Virus record (IMG/VR): IMGVR_UViG_3300034062_003112
Location: 1 to 37,448 of that record
Direction: 5' to 3' (one strand)
Origin: a virus
Taxonomy: Duplodnaviria; Caudoviricetes
DNA length: 37,448 bases
Notes under the pieces: model-generated
The model's input: only the letters and a program-made list of their open reading frames with translations
The model's database searches: none
Told to the model about the DNA's origin: nothing
Part shown: in pieces, positions 15,158 to 23,328 of the stretch
Position numbering within the stretch: the stretch's first letter is position 1
Layout of the letters: each line of letters starts with the position of its first letter
Made by a program: the position numbers and the translations under genes

Positions 15158-15723
15158 TGGCCCGCGCATCTGGAACAGCATGGCCTTGGCTGCTCGCTGA
15201 CAATAGCCAGCGGATCGTCGGTGTGCGTGCGCCGGACGGGTACGAGACCTACCTGGTGGCTCAATGGTTCGGCGCGTTCTCGTCTCTTGTCGATCAGACG
15301 GCAAGCGCAAACGAAGCCACGCCCATGGAGTTCGAGGTCGTCGAAATCAATGACCACGGCATCACCATTGTCGACACGACCCGGATAACTGTCGACGCTT
15401 CCGGCGTCTACAATCTTGCCTTCAGCGCGCAGCTGGTGAACTCAGGCGGGCAGGAAAAGAACGTTTCAATATGGCTGGCGAAGAACGGAACCGCCGTCGA
15501 CAACAGCAACACGCAGATCACCGTGCCGAAATCCCATGCCAACGGCGACGGCCAGCAGGTTGCCGCGTGGAACCTGTTTGTCCGGCTCAAGGCCAATGAT
15601 TACGTCCAGCTGATGTGGTCGACGCCCTCCACGGACGTCAGCATCCAGCAGATCGCAGCCCAGACAACCCCGGCGCGCCCGGTCACGCCGTCGGTGATCC
15701 TCACAGTCAACCGGGTATCATAG
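15157..15723 (+). CDS. C1q/TNF-like (BclA C-terminal-like) beta-sandwich structural protein
   Basis: Pattern FGAF...ITVDASGVYNLAFSAQL...IWLAKNG...LKANDYVQLMW. Confidence 0.65.
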   Translation: MARASGTAWPWLLADNSQRIVGVRAPDGYETYLVAQWFGAFSSLVDQTASANEATPMEFEVVEINDHGITIVDTTRITVDASGVYNLAFSAQLVNSGGQEKNVSIWLAKNGTAVDNSNTQITVPKSHANGDGQQVAAWNLFVRLKANDYVQLMWSTPSTDVSIQQIAAQTTPARPVTPSVILTVNRVS

Positions 15724-15732
15724 GAGAGAGAC

Positions 15733-15813
15733 ATGCCGAGCATGAAGCCTTATGGAGCCAAGCCTGCCAAGGCGATGCCGCCGAAGAAAGCCGCTAAGAA
15801 GAAGGGTAAGTGA
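15733..15813 (+). CDS. Very small Lys/Pro/Ala-rich basic peptide (26 aa)
   Basis: MPSMKPYGAKPAKAMPPKKAAKKKGK. AGGAG RBS; stop lies one base before the next ATG. Confidence 0.6.
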   Translation: MPSMKPYGAKPAKAMPPKKAAKKKGK

Positions 15814-15814
15814 C

Positions 15815-16168
15815 ATGGGTGCGCCCGTTATTTCCGAAGGACTGGAGAGGCTCACCGCCACGATCGCGAACGGCGCAAGCCTGTCCGGTGCTGTGGATCT
15901 CGGCGGGCGCAAACTTGTCGGTATCGTCATGCCGGCGAGCTGGACGGCTGCGTCGCTGACGTTCCAGGCGTCTCCCGATGGCGTGACGTATTACAACGTC
16001 TATGACGGCGCGACGGAGCGTGCGGTCGTGGTTGGTGCGAGCTACTACTCAATGCTGAATATCGGCGACTGGGTCGGCTGCCGATGGATCAAGGTCCGCT
16101 CCGGCACGGCGGGTTCCGCGGTCAATCAGGCGGCTGAGCGCGCGCTGATACTGGTGATCCAGCCATGA
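15815..16168 (+). CDS. Small beta-rich structural protein (possible spike/fibre base)
   Basis: Internal ATG 15815; beta-strand-like sequence including LTFQASPDGVTY and RWIKVRSG. Confidence 0.7.
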   Translation: MGAPVISEGLERLTATIANGASLSGAVDLGGRKLVGIVMPASWTAASLTFQASPDGVTYYNVYDGATERAVVVGASYYSMLNIGDWVGCRWIKVRSGTAGSAVNQAAERALILVIQP

Positions 16169-16305
16169 GTATCCTGCAGCTCTGGATCAAGCGTGGTGCG
16201 ATCGGCGCTGCAGTCAGCGGCGGCACCACGCTGCTGACCGAGGTGGTGACGGATGCCGGCGATTACGTCGTCACCGATAGCGATGAAACTGTAGTTCTGG
16301 GGTAA
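16165..16305 (+). CDS. Small protein (46 aa) with repeated V-V-T-D motif; possible fibre connector
   Basis: MSILQLWIKRGAIGAAVSGGTTLLTEVVTDAGDYVVTDSDETVVLG. ATGA overlap upstream; stop lies 3 nt before the fibre ATG. Confidence 0.6.
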   Translation: MSILQLWIKRGAIGAAVSGGTTLLTEVVTDAGDYVVTDSDETVVLG

Positions 16306-16308
16306 GCC

Positions 16309-17484
16309 ATGGCCACCGCACCGTTAAGTAACCTGACCGCGACCTGGAACGCCTCGGGCACCACGTTCACCGCCATCAAGATGGACGTCACCGACACCGC
16401 CTCCGCCGCAGGCTCGCTGCTGATGGATTTGCAGGTGGGGGGGACGAGTAGGTTTAGGGTCAGTAAAACTGGCGTTGTCACTTCTTCGCTTTCTACAGGA
16501 AACGACAGCTTCAATTCAGCCACAGATACGTCTGTAGGAACATACGGGCTTAAAACACGGTCTGACGGGCAAATTTCCTGGTCTTCTACAAACGGGTTTA
16601 GCGGCACAGCTGACCTCATCCTCGCCCGCGACGCCGCCAACACCCTAGCCCAGCGCAATGGCACGAACGCGCAGGCGTTCAGGGTGTACAACACGTTCAC
16701 GGATGCGAGTAATTATGAGCGGATAAACATCTTGTGGTCTGCAAACACAGCGTTTGTGGAAACGCTTGCGGCAGGCACAGGAGCTGCGCGAAGCCTTATC
16801 ATCGGCTCCAATGGGTCTGGAACAAATCTTGGGTTTATGTCCGCTGGGACAGTTAGATGGCGTGTTAATTCCAATGGCCACCTGACGGCGGAAGCCGACA
16901 ACACCTACGACATCGGCGCGTCGGGCGCGAACAGGCCGAGGAATGTGTATGTCGGCACTAATATCATTTCACCGCAATTTTCGACCAACAGTTTTGGTTT
17001 TTCTACCACAACCGGCGGGTACATCAATTTCGCCAGTAGGGCTGGATTTGAAAGTCCGGCTGATGGTGTCCTTAAACTGCGTAACAACGGCGATACAGAC
17101 TTCTCCCGCCTCCAGTTTGGCGGCACCACCTCCAGCTTCCCAAGCCTGAAGCGGTCGAGCGCAACGCTTGAAGCCAGATTGGCTGATGACAGCAATTACT
17201 GCAATTTCACGGCGAATACGATCACAGGATCTAGTCAAGTCGTATCGGCGTCTAGTTTGGTCGCGCACAGTGGAACGGCTATCCCCGCAGGCGGCACAAC
17301 AGGCGCGGGCGTTAGAGTTTCCTCCACCGCCAACTTCGGCGTCTTCTTCGGCTCCGGCGCTCCCACACTCAGCGCCGCCAAGGGCTCCCTCTACCTGCGC
17401 TCTGACGGCACCACGACCAACGACCGGGCCTACATCAACACGGACGGGGCCACGACGTGGACCGCCCTGACGACTGCTGCATAA
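16309..17484 (+). CDS. Fibre / receptor-binding protein 1
   Basis: Ser/Thr/Gly/Asn-rich beta-type sequence with DNTYDIGASG and GSGAP...GSLYLRSDG...W fibre-like motifs. Confidence 0.7.
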   Translation: MATAPLSNLTATWNASGTTFTAIKMDVTDTASAAGSLLMDLQVGGTSRFRVSKTGVVTSSLSTGNDSFNSATDTSVGTYGLKTRSDGQISWSSTNGFSGTADLILARDAANTLAQRNGTNAQAFRVYNTFTDASNYERINILWSANTAFVETLAAGTGAARSLIIGSNGSGTNLGFMSAGTVRWRVNSNGHLTAEADNTYDIGASGANRPRNVYVGTNIISPQFSTNSFGFSTTTGGYINFASRAGFESPADGVLKLRNNGDTDFSRLQFGGTTSSFPSLKRSSATLEARLADDSNYCNFTANTITGSSQVVSASSLVAHSGTAIPAGGTTGAGVRVSSTANFGVFFGSGAPTLSAAKGSLYLRSDGTTTNDRAYINTDGATTWTALTTAA

Positions 17485-17496
17485 GGAGAACCACCA

Positions 17497-17709
17497 ATGA
17501 GCGTCTACACCGTTGACGTTATCCCCGAAGTATCACCTCAGCCGACCGAGCCGCTGACGAATGCTCAGTACATTGACTGGGTGGTTAATAGGGCCGCAGA
17601 GAGCTACCAGACGCAATACGGCGCCGCCTCCAAAGAAGCCGGCATCACGGCAGCGCGCGAGGCGTTCAATGCTTCTATCCCCGCGCCCGTAGTTGAGGAA
17701 GCCGCCTGA
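17497..17709 (+). CDS. Small protein, possible fibre chaperone
   Basis: AAGGAG RBS; lies directly after the fibre gene. Confidence 0.65.
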   Translation: MSVYTVDVIPEVSPQPTEPLTNAQYIDWVVNRAAESYQTQYGAASKEAGITAAREAFNASIPAPVVEEAA

Positions 17710-17864
17710 TGACCTTGGATCTCACCCCCGCCCAGTTCCAGGCGCTTGTCGGGCTGCTGGATGTGGCCATCAAGCAAGTCGGCATCCGCGCCTTCGAGGA
17801 TGACGTTGCCGGGCTGATGGCTGCGGTGAAGGCTGCGGCAGCGAAGAAAGAAGAGCAGGAATGA
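17709..17864 (+). CDS. Small helical protein (51 aa), possible fibre chaperone
   Basis: MTLDLTPAQFQALVGLLDVAIKQVGIRAFEDDVAGLMAAVKAAAAKKEEQE. TGATG and ATGA coupling; not in the ORF track. Confidence 0.65.
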   Translation: MTLDLTPAQFQALVGLLDVAIKQVGIRAFEDDVAGLMAAVKAAAAKKEEQE

Positions 17865-19435
17865 GCAACGCCCGCGAGAACGTCAACCTGCTGACCAGCG
17901 CCGACTGGAACATTCCAACCCTGCGCCTGGCGAACTGGGGCAGTGGGGCCGTTCCGCCGCAGGTCGTGCTTAAAAATAACTGGGTCTCCGGCGATGGCGG
18001 CGGGCTGTTTCGTTACGACGCCGGAGACACCACCACGGCCGACAATGGCGGCACCGTCATTGTTGATGCGGCGGGGAATAGGTGGAAGCGGCAGTTTTCC
18101 GCTGGCGAGGCGATGACGCTGGAAATGTTTGGCGGCGGTCCTGCCGTTGCCTCAAATACAGCTGCATTCAATGCATGGGTTGCTGCCGTCAAGGCCGGGA
18201 CTGCTTCACGCACGCTTGACTTGGGTACTGGAACTTATGCGTTCCTCACAAAGACTGACCGCATAGACAACGCCGGCGAGATCATCATTAGCGGGCAGGG
18301 TATTTCTACTGTTGTCACGCGCGCGTGGACATCATCGGACGTCAAGGAAGGGCTGTTTCACGCTTACGGGTCAACCCAACTAAGCGCCTCTGACTTTGCG
18401 GCTGGAACGGCGGCGGGAGGTTCTTACGGCGGCTCACTGATCACGCTTGAGGCTAGCAGCAGCGCAGCGCCAGATTTCTCGCTAATCTCTCACATTTATT
18501 GCACGTCCTACAGTGGCGTGTCGGCTAAAACTATTTCAGCCGCAACGGCGGCTAACCCCGGAGTGTTTACAAGCAACGCGCACGGATACAGCAACGGCGA
18601 TTTTGTGGTGTACCTGTACGGCACAGGTGGAACGTGGTCGTCAATAACGCATCGCCTTTTTCAGATATCTGATGCGACAACCAACACCTTCACGCTGACC
18701 GATCCAGACACGTCAGTCAAAGTCGACAGCTCTGGCTTTGGGTTTTACAGCACCAACACAGCGACGGTAAAAGCAGCACTAGCAACAGATTATCCAATCG
18801 TCATTGATGGATCGGCCCGCACAACTGGCGCGGTTGGCGTGCGAAACGTCAAGTTTGAAAACATTACCTGCTTTGGCGGGCGTCGCGGCGCGATGCTGGT
18901 CAATGGCGCGATTGAACTGTCAGCCTCAAATTGCAGCACGTCCGACGCTGGATGGGACGCGACCGTCAGGATAACGGGAACAGCGTCCGTTCCAAACTAT
19001 TACACCATTTTCTCATCAGGATCGCTTGCGCGCGTGGCGCTTGATCGGTCTTATTATGCCGGCGGCGACGTTCAAATCCAAGGCGAACTTGTTCAGACCG
19101 CAAACACCTTTGGGCAATACTTTGATTTTTCAATTGGAAAAGCGGTTACGCGCGCCGGAACGTATGTAGCAGGTCCTGACTTTGTTCCGCTGCCCGGCGG
19201 TATGGTGTTTCAGAAAAAAGCCATAACTGGCGTTACTGGTTCTTATGCAACATTTACGTGGCCAATACCCTTCAGAGTTGCCCCGGTAATTTATGACGGC
19301 ATCGGCATTAACTCAGGATCGTTTGCCATTGTGATAATGAACTCCGTCACCACAACGGGTGTGCAAGTGGCCGGCTCAAACCTTAATGCTGGCGGTGATG
19401 TCATTATCTGGGCCATAGGGGAGCTTGCATACTGA
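17861..19435 (+). CDS. Tailspike-like receptor-binding protein 2 (beta-helix, possible polysaccharide binding or depolymerase)
   Basis: Tailspike N-domain motif GDGGGLFRYD...DNGGTVIV...RWKR, beta-helix entry MFGG...NTAAFNA, and a C-terminal LPGGMVFQ...TFTWPIPF gp53-like domain. Confidence 0.75.
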   Translation: MSNARENVNLLTSADWNIPTLRLANWGSGAVPPQVVLKNNWVSGDGGGLFRYDAGDTTTADNGGTVIVDAAGNRWKRQFSAGEAMTLEMFGGGPAVASNTAAFNAWVAAVKAGTASRTLDLGTGTYAFLTKTDRIDNAGEIIISGQGISTVVTRAWTSSDVKEGLFHAYGSTQLSASDFAAGTAAGGSYGGSLITLEASSSAAPDFSLISHIYCTSYSGVSAKTISAATAANPGVFTSNAHGYSNGDFVVYLYGTGGTWSSITHRLFQISDATTNTFTLTDPDTSVKVDSSGFGFYSTNTATVKAALATDYPIVIDGSARTTGAVGVRNVKFENITCFGGRRGAMLVNGAIELSASNCSTSDAGWDATVRITGTASVPNYYTIFSSGSLARVALDRSYYAGGDVQIQGELVQTANTFGQYFDFSIGKAVTRAGTYVAGPDFVPLPGGMVFQKKAITGVTGSYATFTWPIPFRVAPVIYDGIGINSGSFAIVIMNSVTTTGVQVAGSNLNAGGDVIIWAIGELAY

Positions 19436-19878
19436 TGCGCGCATTCATTCAACCAGAACCAGGAAGAACATGGGTTGCGGTGCGAGCTGACGGCGTTTGC
19501 GCTCCACTCCCGCAAATTTCATCTGGGCCATATGACGATCCGATGGCTGGGCTACGAGAAGCCGTTGCAAGTATGCCGGGCCAGTGGCGTATCGAAGATG
19601 TTCCGTTTGTTGAGCTCGACGGGTTGCCTTATGAGCAAGCTGCAACTTGGAATGATGGAGCAGTTACGCTAAGCGACGATCCGGCTAAACAACAAGAAGT
19701 TTGTTCGCAGCAAGCTAAAGTTTTGTTGGAGCAAACGGATTACGTTGAGTTTCGCCCCCATACGCCTGAGCGCACACCAACACCCGAATGGATAGCTTGG
19801 CGCGAGACGCTGCGCGAAGTTGCGCGCGGCAATCTTGATGTTATTCCGCCAGAACCGGAACGTTACAATGCCCCTTAA
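19435..19878 (+). CDS. Tail fibre assembly chaperone-like protein
   Basis: C-terminal LLEQTDY...[10 protein letters not shown]...P.EP pattern; coupled to the spike gene. Confidence 0.7.
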   Translation: MRAFIQPEPGRTWVAVRADGVCAPLPQISSGPYDDPMAGLREAVASMPGQWRIEDVPFVELDGLPYEQAATWNDGAVTLSDDPAKQQEVCSQQAKVLLEQTDYVEFRPHTPERTPTPEWIAWRETLREVARGNLDVIPPEPERYNAP

Positions 19879-20005
19879 AAAAGGCTCATCCCAGAAAACC
19901 ATCAGCGCCAACATCCGCACCGAGATGCGCGCCGGCCGGCCACAAAAGCAGGCGATCGCCATCGCCCTGCAGAAAGCCGGCAAGGCCAAGAAGGGCAAGA
20001 AGTAA
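19868..20005 (+). CDS. Small basic protein (45 aa)
   Basis: [45 protein letters not shown]; TAATG-coupled to the next gene. Confidence 0.7.
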   Translation: MPLKKGSSQKTISANIRTEMRAGRPQKQAIAIALQKAGKAKKGKK

Positions 20006-20304
20006 TGTTCGACTTCGACCCCTTCGACATCGCTTCGCAACAGGCCCGGGAAAACGACCGGCGCCATGTGGCTGCGATTGACCGCAAGGCCGAAGCGGAA
20101 GACTGGTCATGGCTGATGGCCAGCAAGAGAGGACGCAAGATTGTGCGCGAGCTGCTCGACCATTGCGGCGTGGCGCGTTCGAGTTTTACCGGCTCAAGCG
20201 AGACTTTCTTTCGCGAGGGTCAAAGAGCGGTGGGCCTGTATGTGATGCGCCAGGCATGGACGCACGCCCCCGCCAATTGCATGGAGATGCTCAAAGATGA
20301 GTGA
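20005..20304 (+). CDS. Bbp19-like head-module protein
   Basis: WLM...GRKIV...SF...TFFREGQRAVG motif; located before the scaffold. Confidence 0.75.
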   Translation: MFDFDPFDIASQQARENDRRHVAAIDRKAEAEDWSWLMASKRGRKIVRELLDHCGVARSSFTGSSETFFREGQRAVGLYVMRQAWTHAPANCMEMLKDE

Positions 20305-20935
20305 AGAAACGTTGATGACCGCCCCACAACCCACGGAAAGCGTGTCGTCTACGACGGCCAGCCCCGCAGATGCATCGACGGATGCGCCTGCGACTGGCGA
20401 CCAGCAGCCGGCTCCGGCTGCAGACACCTCGCCCGCGGAAGACAAGCCCGCGACCAGCGAGGCGGCTCCAGAAGCAGACTATGAGTTCGCCTTTGCAGAA
20501 GGGGTTGAAGTCGACCCCGAGACGCTTGGCGACCTTAAGGGCCTGTCGAAGGATCTTGGTCTGTCGAAGGAGCAGGCGCAGCGGATAGCGGACCTTGGCG
20601 CAAAGCAGGCTCAGAAATGGGCCGAGGCGCAACAGGCTGCTATAGCGGAGGCTACCTCCGCATGGGTCGAGCAGGTCAAGAGCGACAAGGAGATCGGCGG
20701 CGATAAGCTGGCCGAGAACCTGGCGACGGCTAAACGCGCGCTTGACAAGTTCGGAACCCCAGAGCTGCGGGCGCTGCTGGATGAAAGCCGGCTTGGGAAC
20801 CACCCGGAGCTTATCCGGGCATTTCACAGGATCGGCAGGGCCATCGCCGACGATGCTATCGTCCCGGGAGGCAGGTCAACCAACCAGCCAACCGACCCGG
20901 CGAAGCGGTTATACGACAACAGCAACCTCGCATAA
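20297..20935 (+). CDS. Capsid scaffolding protein
   Basis: Acidic Pro/Ala/Thr-rich N-terminus, GLSKEQAQ and LGNHPELIRAF; directly upstream of the major capsid gene. Confidence 0.85.
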   Translation: MSEETLMTAPQPTESVSSTTASPADASTDAPATGDQQPAPAADTSPAEDKPATSEAAPEADYEFAFAEGVEVDPETLGDLKGLSKDLGLSKEQAQRIADLGAKQAQKWAEAQQAAIAEATSAWVEQVKSDKEIGGDKLAENLATAKRALDKFGTPELRALLDESRLGNHPELIRAFHRIGRAIADDAIVPGGRSTNQPTDPAKRLYDNSNLA

Positions 20936-20947
20936 GGAATTAGCCCA

Positions 20948-21946
20948 ATGGCTACACTTTCAACTATCCACCCCACGCTGCTGGACGTGGCCAAGCGCCT
21001 CGACCCGGACGGCAAAGTCGACACTATCGTCGAGATCCTCTCGGAAACCAACGAAGTCCTTGAGGACATGGTCTGGATGGAGGGCAACCTTCCCACCGGA
21101 CACCGCACCACGATCCGTTCGGGTCTTCCGACCCCGACATGGCGCAAGCTCTATGGCGGCGTTCAGCCGGCCAAGAGCCGCACCGTGCAGGTCACGGACA
21201 CTTGCGGCATGCTTGAGGCCTATGCCGAAGTGGACAAGGCCCTTGCCGATCTCAACGGCAACACGGCCGCGTTCCGTCTCTCTGAAGACCGCGCGCACAT
21301 CGAGGGCATGAACATCGAGTTTGCGTCTTCGCTGTTCTATGCTTCCGAACAGACCGCGCCCGAGGAGATCACGGGCTTTGCCCCGCGCTTCAACTCGCTC
21401 AGCGCCGAGAACGGGCAGAACATCATCCAGAACGCATCCATCGACGGCAGCGACAACGCTTCAATCTGGCTCGTTTGCTGGGGCGCCAACACGGTCCACG
21501 GGATCTATCCCAAGGGATCTGTCGGCGGTCTGCAGATGAACGACAAAGGCCAGGTGACCATTGAAAGCGTCGATGGCAATGGCGGCCGCATGGAAGCCTA
21601 CCGCACGCACTATCGCTGGGACTGCGGCCTTTCCGTCCGCGACTGGCGCTATGTTGTGCGTATTCAGTACGACCAGGAAGACCTCAAGGGCGATGCCGCC
21701 ACGGGTCCGAAACTGATCGACCTGATGACGCAGGCGCTTGATGCTCCTCCGAACCTCTCGGCTGGCCGTCCGGCGTTCTACATGAACCGCCGTGCGCGTT
21801 CGTTCCTGCGTCGTCAGATGCTGGAAAAGATCGCTGGCTCGACGCTGACGATGGAGCAGATCGGCGGCAAGATGGTGATGACTTTCGCCGGTATCCCGGT
21901 GCGTCGCTGCGATGCGCTGCTTAACACTGAAACTGCTGTCGCTTAA
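20948..21946 (+). CDS. Major capsid protein (BPP-1 Bbp17-like)
   Basis: 332 aa with ILSETNEVLED, R.GLP.PTWR and F.GIPVRRCDAL; strongly biased codon usage; AAGGA RBS. Confidence 0.92.
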   Translation: MATLSTIHPTLLDVAKRLDPDGKVDTIVEILSETNEVLEDMVWMEGNLPTGHRTTIRSGLPTPTWRKLYGGVQPAKSRTVQVTDTCGMLEAYAEVDKALADLNGNTAAFRLSEDRAHIEGMNIEFASSLFYASEQTAPEEITGFAPRFNSLSAENGQNIIQNASIDGSDNASIWLVCWGANTVHGIYPKGSVGGLQMNDKGQVTIESVDGNGGRMEAYRTHYRWDCGLSVRDWRYVVRIQYDQEDLKGDAATGPKLIDLMTQALDAPPNLSAGRPAFYMNRRARSFLRRQMLEKIAGSTLTMEQIGGKMVMTFAGIPVRRCDALLNTETAVA

Positions 21947-21970
21947 TCGGCAAACTAAGGAGAACTTAAC

Positions 21971-22453
21971 ATGATTTTCGACGAAAGACTTGAGTTTGCC
22001 GACAACGTGTCCGTGGCTGCCGCCGCTGGTACGGCCCTGATCGGCGACGTGATCGACCTTGGTTCGACCACCAGCGACATCGGCAATGGCGAGCAGCTTT
22101 ATCTCGTCATCAAAACAGGCGCGACTGAGATCATCACTGGCGGTTCCGCCGGCACGATCAAGTTTCAGCTCGCCTCTGATGCGGCTGCGGCGATCGCCAC
22201 CGATGGTTCTGCCACTGTCCACTTTGACACCGGCACGATCGTCACCGATGACGCCGCCGCTAACAGCGCCCTGCTCAATGCCGGCGCCACGATCGCCATG
22301 GTTGCCCTGCCGCTCGGCACTTACGAGCGTTACCTCGGCATCCTGTGCGTTACGGCGACGACGACGACGACAGCCGGCACGATTGACGCTTTCCTGACCA
22401 AGGATCCGTCTAAGTGGCTGGCTCTGCCTGACGCGGCTGGAGCTTCGCTCTAA
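21971..22453 (+). CDS. Capsid cement/decoration protein (Bbp16-like)
   Basis: MIFD...F N-terminus, DVIDLG, ERYLG and AGTIDAFLT; follows the MCP; AAGGAG RBS. Confidence 0.8.
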   Translation: MIFDERLEFADNVSVAAAAGTALIGDVIDLGSTTSDIGNGEQLYLVIKTGATEIITGGSAGTIKFQLASDAAAAIATDGSATVHFDTGTIVTDDAAANSALLNAGATIAMVALPLGTYERYLGILCVTATTTTTAGTIDAFLTKDPSKWLALPDAAGASL

Positions 22454-22456
22454 GCC

Positions 22457-22642
22457 ATGAAACAGGTCAGAGTAACTGAACTGGCCTTTCATGATGGTAC
22501 CCGGGTTCGCCCGGGTACCGTTTTGACGGTCGCCGACAACTTCTACGCCTCATGGGCCGAAGATGTCGTTGAGAAGCAAAGACAGACGCGCAAGCCTCGC
22601 GAGGTGCTGCGTGATACGCCGGATACCGCCGAACTTGCCTGA
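22457..22642 (+). CDS. Small hypothetical virion-module protein
   Basis: Fills the gap between the cement and adaptor genes. Confidence 0.65.
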   Translation: MKQVRVTELAFHDGTRVRPGTVLTVADNFYASWAEDVVEKQRQTRKPREVLRDTPDTAELA

Positions 22643-22653
22643 CGGGAGCTGCC

Positions 22654-23328
22654 ATGGCCAGCGTCATAGATATCTGCAATTTGGCGCTGGCTCACATCGG
22701 TGACCGCGCCAATGTGACGTCGATCGATCCGCCTGAGGGGTCGGCGCAGGCAGAGCACTGTGCGCGCTTCTATCCCATGGCGCGCAACAGCCTGCTCAAT
22801 ATGCACCCGTGGGCGTTCGCCCAGAAGCGGGCCGTGCTGGCTGATATATCCGCAACCATAGTCCCGCCGGCCAAGTGGCAATACACCTACGCCGCGCCCG
22901 GTGATGTTGTGAAGATCCTTGGCGTTTATGACCCGAACGCCATGTATGACGAGAACAAGGCCGAGTTTGAGTACGAACTGTCGGGCACGACGCAGGTCAT
23001 TTACGCCAACCCGGAAGCCGCCATTGTGCGATACGTGGCGCTGGTGACGGATAGTGCAACCTTCCCGCCTATCTTTACCGAGGCGCTGGCGTGGCTGCTG
23101 GCGAGCTATCTGGCCGGGCCGATCATCAAAGGCACGGAAGGCATGCGGGTCTCGGCTGAGGCCATGAAGATGGCCATGTCATATGTCGGCCAGGCCCGCG
23201 TTGAGGACGCCAACCAGCGTAACCGCGCATCCGTCCGGCGCGACACGCGGCACAGCCCGAGCTGGATAAGTAACCGCGGCAGCCTATGGCCATACGAAGA
23301 CGACCCGTGGTATCCCGATGGCCAGTAA
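22654..23328 (+). CDS. Tail tubular protein A / adaptor (T7 gp11-like)
   Basis: SVIDICNLALAHIG, HPWAFA, W.Y.Y..P.D and F...LA..LA motifs; GGGAG RBS. Confidence 0.85.
   Translation: MASVIDICNLALAHIGDRANVTSIDPPEGSAQAEHCARFYPMARNSLLNMHPWAFAQKRAVLADISATIVPPAKWQYTYAAPGDVVKILGVYDPNAMYDENKAEFEYELSGTTQVIYANPEAAIVRYVALVTDSATFPPIFTEALAWLLASYLAGPIIKGTEGMRVSAEAMKMAMSYVGQARVEDANQRNRASVRRDTRHSPSWISNRGSLWPYEDDPWYPDGQ

Noticed and set aside
13772-15310. 512-aa minus-strand ORF, and similar long antisense ORFs at 21461..22492, 23126..24106, 27877..28947 and 33355..34326
   Set aside because: They mirror well-supported plus-strand genes and show no motifs. Stop-poor antisense frames are expected in GC-rich, codon-biased DNA.
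16309-19435. Diversity-generating retroelement, suggested by the BPP-1-like virion genes
   Set aside because: I saw no reverse transcriptase motif, no Avd-like gene and no TR/VR repeat pair differing at adenines. One could still lie outside the window.
21930-21975. Programmed frameshift or readthrough extending the major capsid protein
   Set aside because: There is no slippery heptamer at the 3' end. The TAA stop is followed by a separate RBS for the cement gene.
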